Shown here piece after piece: positions 57,200-64,000 of a stretch of DNA of 64,000 nucleotides (positions within the stretch are counted from its first letter, which is position 1; each line of letters begins with the position of its first letter). Location of the stretch: positions 24,681 to 88,680 of the forward strand of contig NZ_CAKZNK010000046.1 of the NCBI RefSeq assembly GCF_937129525.1, read 5' to 3'. Made by a program: the position numbers and the translations under genes. The notes under the pieces were generated by a model that worked only from the letters and a program-made list of their open reading frames with translations, ran no database searches and had not been told where the DNA came from. Origin of the DNA: an uncultured Chloroflexus sp. (lineage in GTDB: Bacteria > Chloroflexota > Chloroflexia > Chloroflexales > Chloroflexaceae).

Positions 57200-58333
57200 A
57201 TGTTCTACGTACCTGATGGCGTGCCGCCGCTCATAACCGGCTCGCTCGCTCGTCTCGAACGCGCCTTGCCTCAGCCCGGTGAGATTCTGGTCAGGCAGGG
57301 AGGGCGCGTCGAACCGGATGATGTGATAGCGCGCGGCTTGCGACCAAATCCGCCATATGTCATCAACCTGGCTCGCGCCTTATCCTTACCCCCAACCATG
57401 GCGGCACGGGCCGTTGTTGCCCCAATCGGTCAGCCAATTAATGCCGGCGCAGTGCTGGCCCGTCGGCGCGGATTGCCCGGTCGTCGGGTCATAAGCCCTG
57501 TCAATGGAATCCTGCATGCGGTTGATCCGGCAACCGGCTATGCCTTCATCAGGCCTGAACCACAACAAATCACGCTGACTGCCGGGATTCGCGGCGTTGT
57601 CATGGAGATTATCGATAATCAGCGCGTGGTTATCGAAACACCTGCGGCCCAACTGTACGGCATTTGCGGATTCGGGCCCGATTGCAATGGTGTCACCCGC
57701 CTGCTGACGTTCGATCCTGACGAGCCGATTACTGCCGAAATGGTCGATGCCCAAAGTATATACTCGGTCATCATCGGCGGTAAAGGCATCAGCGCTGCCG
57801 CATTGCGCAAGGCGGTTGAACATCAGGTGCGCGGAATCATTATTGGTAGCATCGCCGAGCGTGAACTGCGCGCATTTTTCCAGTGGGCTAAACGCATACC
57901 CTGGAAAATCGGAAGTCGCAACTGGCAGTGGGCCGGCCAAACCGACTCACCCATCACCATTGTGCTTACCGAAGGAATTGGAAACGCGCCAATGGCCGCG
58001 CCGCTGTTCGAACTGCTCGCCAATAACGATCGACGCGAAGTTTTTATCGAGAGCAATACCAGTCTACGCCAGCCTCATCGCCGTCCGCAGATCATCATCC
58101 CCCTTTCCCGCAGCAGCACCACTGCGCTCGAACCACCCCGTCCTCCCCTTCGGCCTGGCGCCCTGGTGCGTTTGCTCGACCACGATCACCTCGGTCAAAC
58201 CGGACGGGTACGCAACCTGCCGCCCCTGCCCTATCGTCTCCCTTCTGGTGTGCGCGCGGCTGCGGTTGAAGTGCTACTCAACACTGGCGAAGCGATCTGG
58301 CTGCCGCGGAGCTGCATTGAAGTGCTGGCCTGA
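57200..58333 (+). CDS. Hypothetical protein (377 aa)
   Basis: Uninterrupted ORF with host-like composition. TATAAT at 57152..57157 lies upstream. I found no diagnostic motif. Confidence 0.6.
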   Translation: MFYVPDGVPPLITGSLARLERALPQPGEILVRQGGRVEPDDVIARGLRPNPPYVINLARALSLPPTMAARAVVAPIGQPINAGAVLARRRGLPGRRVISPVNGILHAVDPATGYAFIRPEPQQITLTAGIRGVVMEIIDNQRVVIETPAAQLYGICGFGPDCNGVTRLLTFDPDEPITAEMVDAQSIYSVIIGGKGISAAALRKAVEHQVRGIIIGSIAERELRAFFQWAKRIPWKIGSRNWQWAGQTDSPITIVLTEGIGNAPMAAPLFELLANNDRREVFIESNTSLRQPHRRPQIIIPLSRSSTTALEPPRPPLRPGALVRLLDHDHLGQTGRVRNLPPLPYRLPSGVRAAAVEVLLNTGEAIWLPRSCIEVLA

Positions 58334-58441
58334 AATCGACCGACTTCGCCTCGAAAAACTGTTTCACGCTAGAGTTATTTCGGGTATACTAGTGGTCGAT
58401 AGTAAATAATGACACATCAAGCGATACCGCGAGAGAATTCA

Positions 58442-59668
58442 ATGACCTACCGTATCGTCGTGGTCGCCCGCACAAACCCCGTGCTCCGCCGCCTGCCCGA
58501 AGCGCTGGCAGGTGACGCACAGGTACAAATGTTTGAATCGGCCAATGATGCGCTCTGGTCGATCAGCACTGAACCTCCGGATCTGGTGCTGAGCGAACTC
58601 GATCTCGATGAGATGAGTGGTCTCGATCTGGCCGAGATTGTTCCTAACTTCGACCCCCACACTCGCGTTGTCTTATGGGGGAAGGGGTTGAGTGCCGCTG
58701 ACCGTGAACGAGCGCGGGCCGCCGGTGTTGCCACTGTGCTCAGCGGTGAGATCAGCCTCGATGCGGTGCGCGCTGCTGTTGCAACTGCGCTCGACACACC
58801 GCGCGCCGAACCGGTATCACTTGCCGCGCACTCCGCTCCGGCGCATCCGGTGACCGACAAACCTGATCCAACATCATCGTCGGCGGCTAAACCCGAACCT
58901 GTAACCACAGAATCTACCCGTCCGGCTGCTGCGACAAGCCCGATCCAGCCGCCGGCTGGCAAAGCAGCAGAATCGGCGCCGCCAGCGGAAGATTCTGCTC
59001 CACGCCGCTCTTTCACCCCGGCGCGAATCGTATTGCCATCACGCGCCGAGCGTGAAGCTGCCGAGCGCGCTGCTCGCGAGGCCGCCGAACGCGAAGCTGC
59101 TGAACGCGAAGCTGCCGAACGCGCCGCTCGTGAAGCGCATGCCAGAGGAGGCCTGGCTGCCCGAACGCGGGCCGCCGCCGATCGGCGCGCTGCCCAGACA
59201 ACTACGCCATCGGCCAGCCCATCGCCAGCTACGCCAGAACCGCCGCTGGGATGGCGAAGCGATGGTCGTAACCTGATCGTCACCGAACAAAACATCGCGG
59301 CGATTCGCAGCGTGATGAGTCAGCTTGGTCAGGATCTCGGCACTCAGAGTATTATGTTGACCGATCGCGCGGGCATGATCCTGGTCGAAACCGGTGACAA
59401 AGGGAACCTGCCCCTCATGGTTGTTTTGCCACTCCTCTCAACCGGTTTCTCGACCACCGGCGAAGTCGCTCGCCAGCTTCGCGAGGAAGATGCAACCAGC
59501 GTTTATATTCACGAAGGCGCCAACATCGACCTGTATTGCTTTGATGTCGCGCAACGATTTTTGCTGGTGCTGGTTTTCAACAAGCGAGTAGCCAGCTCAA
59601 AGATTGGCGCTGTGTGGGTCAATGCCAAACGCGCGATCCGCGAATTGCGCGATGTGCTGGCGCGGTAG
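58442..59668 (+). CDS. Pseudo-receiver / low-complexity linker / Roadblock-LC7-like domain protein
   Basis: A receiver-like N-terminus lacks the acidic pocket. It is followed by an Ala/Pro/Glu-rich linker and a C-terminal Roadblock-like segment. The start is ATG 58442 or 58409. Confidence 0.7.
   Translation: MTYRIVVVARTNPVLRRLPEALAGDAQVQMFESANDALWSISTEPPDLVLSELDLDEMSGLDLAEIVPNFDPHTRVVLWGKGLSAADRERARAAGVATVLSGEISLDAVRAAVATALDTPRAEPVSLAAHSAPAHPVTDKPDPTSSSAAKPEPVTTESTRPAAATSPIQPPAGKAAESAPPAEDSAPRRSFTPARIVLPSRAEREAAERAAREAAEREAAEREAAERAAREAHARGGLAARTRAAADRRAAQTTTPSASPSPATPEPPLGWRSDGRNLIVTEQNIAAIRSVMSQLGQDLGTQSIMLTDRAGMILVETGDKGNLPLMVVLPLLSTGFSTTGEVARQLREEDATSVYIHEGANIDLYCFDVAQRFLLVLVFNKRVASSKIGAVWVNAKRAIRELRDVLAR
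59045..59137. repeat. In-frame EREAA/ERAAR repeat tract
   Basis: It encodes AEREAAERAAREAAEREAAEREAAERAAREA from degenerate 15-nt units (GAACGCGAAGCTGCC-like). Confidence 0.85.
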
Positions 59669-59914
59669 CGCCAGACTATCCTGCGGGGAACGACTCACAT
59701 CGCAACCCCGACAATAGTTACACCATTCCACCAAAAAACCGAAACATTGTCACGAACAACAGGGGCGCAGCAATGTTCGCCCCTGTACTGTTGCCAGATA
59801 ACGATGGCAGACCCGTCAACCAGGTTACAACCACCGATCATAAGAACGGGTGACACCCGCTTTCCATATCGAAACTGCGTCGTCGCGCGACGGCGCCGCG
59901 CCGCCCTGCGCGAG

Positions 59915-59943
59915 TTGCCCATAGCGCACAGCTATGGTATACT
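59915..59943 (+). promoter_or_regulatory. Candidate promoter P1 upstream of the atp operon
   Basis: TTGCCC - 17 nt - TATACT. The spacer contains the hairpin CATAGC-gcaca-GCTATG. Confidence 0.4.
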
Positions 59944-59995
59944 CGCGACGGCCTCGCAAAACAGCACCAACCGTCATAGCAGAAGAATAATCAAT

Positions 59996-60024
59996 TTGCG
60001 AAAATTTGCGAGGTACGTTATACT
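59996..60024 (+). promoter_or_regulatory. Candidate promoter P2 upstream of the atp operon
   Basis: TTGCGA - 17 nt - TATACT. It overlaps the direct repeats AATTTGCGA at 59993..60001 and 60003..60011. Confidence 0.4.
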
Positions 60025-60137
60025 GATTGTGAAAGGTAGAACAAAATAGGTGGTTGTTCGCGCTGAGCAAGGCAGCAGCGTCCTATGACACCGTGAATGC
60101 TGCGCGATGCCCGGCACTGTCGAACAGGAGGTAGGCG

Positions 60138-61070
60138 TTGTCAACGCGGACTCGAAACATTCTCATTATCGTAGGGGCGCTCATCATCTCGATCGCCAGT
60201 CGCTTCTTCCTCTATACTGGCCCACCGCACGTCGAAGTTGCCGCCGAAGTCATCTTTGATGGCATTCCCGGTTTTCCCATCACCAATTCATTCGTCGTCA
60301 CCATCATTATTGATATTTTTGTGATTGCGCTGGCCGTAGCCGCCACCCGCAATCTGCAAATGGTGCCGCGCGGATTGCAGAACGTGATGGAGTTCATCCT
60401 CGAATCGTTGTACAATCTCTTCCGCAACATCAATGCGAAGTATGTCGCGACTGCCTTCCCGCTGGTAGCAACGATCTTCCTCTTCGTACTGTTCGGTAAC
60501 TGGTTCGGCTTGCTACCGGGTGTCGGCTCGATTGGCGTTTGTCACGAGAAGCACAAAGAAGAGCATAGCGCGATGATTGAAGAGCGCCTGGCGCTCGCCG
60601 GGCCGGCTAGCGTGTTGGCAGCCGAAAGCGAGGAGGCGTATGACACATGCGCCGCGCAAGGCAAGAAGCTGGTGCCCCTCTTCCGCGCGCCGGCGGCTGA
60701 CCTCAACTTTACCTTCGCGATTGCTGTCATCTCGTTCGTGTTCATCGAGTACTGGGGCTTCCGCGCGCTTGGCCCTGGCTATCTGAAGAAGTTCTTCAAT
60801 ACCAACGGCATTATGTCGTTCGTCGGTATCATCGAGTTTATCTCAGAAATCGTCAAGCCCTTTGCGCTGGCCTTCCGTCTTTTCGGCAATATCTTTGCCG
60901 GTGAAGTGCTACTGGTAGTGATGGCTTTCCTCGTGCCGCTCTTGCTACCACTTCCCTTCTACGGCTTCGAGGTGTTCGTTGGTTTCATCCAGGCGCTGAT
61001 CTTTGCGCTGTTGACCTACGCCTTCCTGAACATTGCCGTGACCGGCCACGATGAGGAGCATGCACACTAG
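60138..61070 (+). CDS. atpB: F-type ATP synthase subunit a
   Basis: The TTG start is preceded by AGGAGG. It carries the conserved LAFRLFGNIFAGE (stator arginine helix) and an apparent ~47-aa insertion at residues 134-180. Confidence 0.9.
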   Translation: MSTRTRNILIIVGALIISIASRFFLYTGPPHVEVAAEVIFDGIPGFPITNSFVVTIIIDIFVIALAVAATRNLQMVPRGLQNVMEFILESLYNLFRNINAKYVATAFPLVATIFLFVLFGNWFGLLPGVGSIGVCHEKHKEEHSAMIEERLALAGPASVLAAESEEAYDTCAAQGKKLVPLFRAPAADLNFTFAIAVISFVFIEYWGFRALGPGYLKKFFNTNGIMSFVGIIEFISEIVKPFALAFRLFGNIFAGEVLLVVMAFLVPLLLPLPFYGFEVFVGFIQALIFALLTYAFLNIAVTGHDEEHAH

Positions 61071-61153
61071 TTTGCGTCCTCGCGCGGCGTCAGCCGCGAG
61101 TGTTTCATTGCAAGGGTTCGTCGCAGAGTTTGCTATAAGGAGGCATCTCAATC

Positions 61154-61384
61154 ATGGAGGGTTTGAATCTCGTCGCAACCGCGCTCGCAGTTGGTTTGGG
61201 CGCTATTGGGCCGGGTGTCGGCATCGGTATCATCGTGTCAGGCGCGGTGCAGGCGATTGGCCGCAATCCTGAAATCGAGAATCGGGTCGTTACCTACATG
61301 TTTATTGGTATCGCCTTTACCGAAGCGCTGGCAATCTTCGGTCTGGTGATTGCGTTCTTGATCGGTTTTGGCGTGTTGCAGTAG
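61154..61384 (+). CDS. atpE: F-type ATP synthase subunit c
   Basis: 76-aa helical hairpin with the loop GRNPE and the carboxylate in IAFTEALAIFGLV. Confidence 0.95.
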   Translation: MEGLNLVATALAVGLGAIGPGVGIGIIVSGAVQAIGRNPEIENRVVTYMFIGIAFTEALAIFGLVIAFLIGFGVLQ

Positions 61385-61415
61385 AGCACATTGCGCGTTA
61401 CGGGAGGTTTGAAGG

Positions 61416-61910
61416 GTGGAAGCATTAGGCATTAACCTGACCCTATTTCTCGCGCAACTGATCAACTTTCTGCTCTTGATCTTCATTCTGCGCGCGCTGT
61501 TGTACAAGCCGGTAATGAACCTGCTTAACGAGCGCACCAAGCGGATCGAAGAGAGCGTCCGCGACGCTGAGAAAGTGCGTGAGCAGTTGGCCAATGCCAG
61601 GCGCGACTACGAAGCTGAGCTGGCCAAAGCGCGCCAGGAAGCGGCCCGGATCGTGGCGCAGGCCCAAGAGCGCGCCAAGCAGCAGGAAGCTGAAATCATT
61701 GCGCAGGCCCGCCGCGAAGCTGAGCGTCTGAAAGAAGAGGCGCGCGCCCAGGCTGAGCAAGAGCGCGCCCGGATGTTGAGCGAGGCTAAGAGCCAGATCG
61801 CTGATCTGGTAACGTTGACGGCTAGCCGTGTGCTCGGCGCCGAATTGCAGGCCCGCGGCCACGATGCGTTGATTGCCGAGTCGCTGGCGGCGCTCGATCG
61901 CCGCAACTAA
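61416..61910 (+). CDS. atpF: F-type ATP synthase subunit b
   Basis: GTG start, an N-terminal TM span, then a long charged coiled coil ([27 protein letters not shown]). Confidence 0.9.
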   Translation: MEALGINLTLFLAQLINFLLLIFILRALLYKPVMNLLNERTKRIEESVRDAEKVREQLANARRDYEAELAKARQEAARIVAQAQERAKQQEAEIIAQARREAERLKEEARAQAEQERARMLSEAKSQIADLVTLTASRVLGAELQARGHDALIAESLAALDRRN

Positions 61911-61956
61911 CGTCGTGGCACTGGTCTGATCCAGGCTGCGTGAGGAAACAGAGAGT

Positions 61957-62430
61957 ATGGCAACGACCATTGATGCACGGGCATTGGCCAACCCACTGAT
62001 AGAAGCGCTGCTAACAACCGCCGCCGAGCAGATTCGAGCAGTGGCGCCGCGGATTGCTGGCCTGTCGGCCAGCGATGCTGCGGCGGCCCTGCCGGCAGAT
62101 CTGCTGCCACAGGTGCGTAACTTCTTGCTCTCGATGGCTAAAGAAGGTCTCACCGGCGAATTGCACGCAGTGGCTGAAGCCATCCAGACTTACCTGGAAA
62201 CCGGCAGTCGCGTCATCGACGCCAGTGTGACCAGCGCGATTGAGTTGAACAGTGAGCAGAAGGAACGCATTGCCGGTGAGTTGCGCCGACGCTACGGCGA
62301 TGTGCATGTGACGTATCATGTTGATCCGACGCTGATTGGCGGTTTGATCATTCGGGTAGGCGATCAGGTGCTTGACAATAGCCTGCGCGCCCGCCTCAGC
62401 GCCATTCAGCGCGCATTGCAGGCAAGTTAA
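61957..62430 (+). CDS. atpH: F-type ATP synthase subunit delta (OSCP)
   Basis: 157-aa ORF between atpF and atpA. The C-terminus is OSCP-like ([21 protein letters not shown]). Confidence 0.85.
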   Translation: MATTIDARALANPLIEALLTTAAEQIRAVAPRIAGLSASDAAAALPADLLPQVRNFLLSMAKEGLTGELHAVAEAIQTYLETGSRVIDASVTSAIELNSEQKERIAGELRRRYGDVHVTYHVDPTLIGGLIIRVGDQVLDNSLRARLSAIQRALQAS

Positions 62431-62488
62431 TTTCAGCACTCAGCTCGCTGGCCCGGTATTGCCGGCTACCAGCGCGACGGAGTAGAGC

Positions 62489-64000
62489 ATGACGACGATT
62501 ACTGAAGAATTGATCGCCCGGCTGAAGCAGGGGATCATCAGCGGCGTCGACCTTCAGCCGCGTCAGGTCAATGTCGGCACGGTGATTGCCGTCGGTGACG
62601 GTGTCGCGCGGCTGTCCGGCCTTGATCAGGTTGTCGCCTCTGAGATCGTAGAGTTCCCGCCTAAGGCTGGCCGGAATGAGTCGATTTATGGCATTGCCCT
62701 TAACCTCGAACAGGATAGCGTCGCTGCAATCATTCTCGGCGATGACGAAACGATTGAGGAAGGGGATATGGTTACCTCGACCGGGCGCGTGATTTCGGTT
62801 CCGGTCGGGCAGGGTCTGTTGGGCCGCGTGGTCAACCCGCTCGGTCAGCCAATCGATGGCAAAGGCCCGATTGTCTATGAGAAGACACGCCCGATTGAGC
62901 GCATCGCTCCCGGTGTCATTACCCGTAAGTCGGTCGATACACCGGTTCAGACCGGTATTATCGCTATCGATGCCCTGATCCCGATCGGTCGCGGTCAGCG
63001 TGAGCTGATTATCGGCGACCGCCAGACCGGAAAGACGGCAGTTGCCATCGACACGATCCTTAACCAGAAGGGTCAGGGGATGGTGTGCATCTACGTCGCG
63101 ATCGGTCAGCGCCGCGCCCAGGTCGCGCAGGTGGTGGGTACTCTTGAGCGCTTCGGCGCAATGGAGTATACGATTGTGGTGTCGGCAACTGCCTCCGAGA
63201 GCGCCGCGCTCCAATATATTGCCCCCTACGCCGGTTGCGCGATGGGTGAAGAGATTATGGAGAACGGCGTAATGCTCAACGGGCAACTGGTGAAGGATGC
63301 CCTGATTGTCTATGATGATCTGAGCAAGCACGCTGTGGCTTACCGGCAGGTCTCGCTCTTGCTGCGCCGCCCACCAGGCCGCGAAGCGTATCCCGGCGAC
63401 GTGTTCTACCTGCACTCGCGCTTGCTCGAGCGTGCCGCCCGCCTTAATGAGGAATACGGTGGCGGTTCGCTGACGGCGCTACCGGTGATCGAGACCCAGG
63501 CTAACGACGTGTCGGCCTACATTCCGACGAACGTTATCTCGATTACCGACGGGCAAATCTACCTTGAATCTGACCTGTTTAACGCCGGTCAGCGCCCGGC
63601 ACTCAACGTGGGTATTTCGGTGTCGCGTGTAGGTGGCGCAGCCCAAACCCGGGCAATGCGCGCTGTAGCCGGTAAGCTGAAAGGCGAGCTGGCTCAGTTC
63701 CGCGACCTTGCTGCCTTCGCCCAGTTTGCCAGCGATCTCGACGCGACCACCAAAGCGCAGATCGAACGCGGTCAGCGCCTGCAAGAACTGCTCAAGCAGC
63801 CCCAGTATCAACCGCTGGCCGTCGAGGATCAGGTGGCCGTGCTCTACGCGGCAACCAACAACTACCTTGATGATGTGCCGGTGCCGATGATTACGAAATG
63901 GCGTGATGATTTCCTGGCCTTCTTGCGCACCGCCCATCCAGAGGTGCGGAAGCTGATCTACGACAATCGTCTTGATCGCAAGTTCCCTTCGCCTGAAGTG
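62489..64000 (+). CDS. atpA: F-type ATP synthase subunit alpha (3' end beyond window)
   Basis: The ATG at 62489 opens a frame that stays open to the window end (504 codons). It has Walker A GDRQTGKT and the alpha-subunit blocks ([42 protein letters not shown]). It is absent from the ORF track because no stop codon falls in the window. Confidence 0.95.
   Translation, partial: MTTITEELIARLKQGIISGVDLQPRQVNVGTVIAVGDGVARLSGLDQVVASEIVEFPPKAGRNESIYGIALNLEQDSVAAIILGDDETIEEGDMVTSTGRVISVPVGQGLLGRVVNPLGQPIDGKGPIVYEKTRPIERIAPGVITRKSVDTPVQTGIIAIDALIPIGRGQRELIIGDRQTGKTAVAIDTILNQKGQGMVCIYVAIGQRRAQVAQVVGTLERFGAMEYTIVVSATASESAALQYIAPYAGCAMGEEIMENGVMLNGQLVKDALIVYDDLSKHAVAYRQVSLLLRRPPGREAYPGDVFYLHSRLLERAARLNEEYGGGSLTALPVIETQANDVSAYIPTNVISITDGQIYLESDLFNAGQRPALNVGISVSRVGGAAQTRAMRAVAGKLKGELAQFRDLAAFAQFASDLDATTKAQIERGQRLQELLKQPQYQPLAVEDQVAVLYAATNNYLDDVPVPMITKWRDDFLAFLRTAHPEVRKLIYDNRLDRKFPSPEV

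Noticed and set aside
61154-61384. A Na+-coupled ATP synthase that would match the Na+-pump decarboxylase cluster.
   Set aside because: The c subunit lacks the Na+-binding signature known from Ilyobacter tartaricus (Gln in helix 1 and Glu-Ser/Thr in helix 2). Here the corresponding contexts read GVGIGII and FTEALA, so H+ coupling is more likely.

Overview
This is a chromosomal, mostly housekeeping 64-kb window from a moderately GC-rich bacterium. Gene content and protein styles look Chloroflexota-like to me, but I cannot verify that without a database search. All functional calls come from recognising motifs by eye in the supplied translations.

Left to right the window contains:
- A minus-strand Fe-S/sulfur block: a cysK-like fragment, a second SufU-like scaffold, a rhodanese, a Rieske ferredoxin, sufB-sufU-sufS-sufD-sufC and a SufR-like regulator.
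- A DUF4177 gene and an orphan ClpB-NBD2-like AAA+ ATPase.
- A GT4 glycosyltransferase / methyltransferase / TPR-B-box membrane protein operon.
- tRNA-Cys directly after ybaK, then a histidine kinase.
- metY-metX behind a textbook SAM-I riboswitch.
- A form-II-type coxG-S-L-M molybdoenzyme cluster, then metG.
- An SH3b membrane protein translationally coupled to a DnaQ-like exonuclease-WYL fusion.
- rpoD, an EamA transporter, an NfeD-SPFH pair, DUF951-mazG-ppiC, lepA and an ABC-2 exporter.
- A GGDEF response regulator and a hybrid kinase.
- Two paralogous ~900-aa polytopic membrane proteins of visibly different base composition flanking a decayed IS630-family element.
- A four-gene Na+-pump-type biotin decarboxylase cluster, a degenerate OYE homolog and an L,D-transpeptidase.
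- An unknown 377-aa protein plus a pseudo-receiver/Roadblock protein.
- The start of the F1Fo ATP synthase operon (atpB-E-F-H-A, with atpA cut by the window end).

I saw no rRNA, no CRISPR array and no intact mobile element. The most unusual part is 43.9-51 kb, where a low-GC xenolog-like paralog sits next to an IS relic. Other follow-up candidates are the exonuclease-WYL fusion, the pseudo-receiver/Roadblock pair and the membrane decarboxylase cluster.
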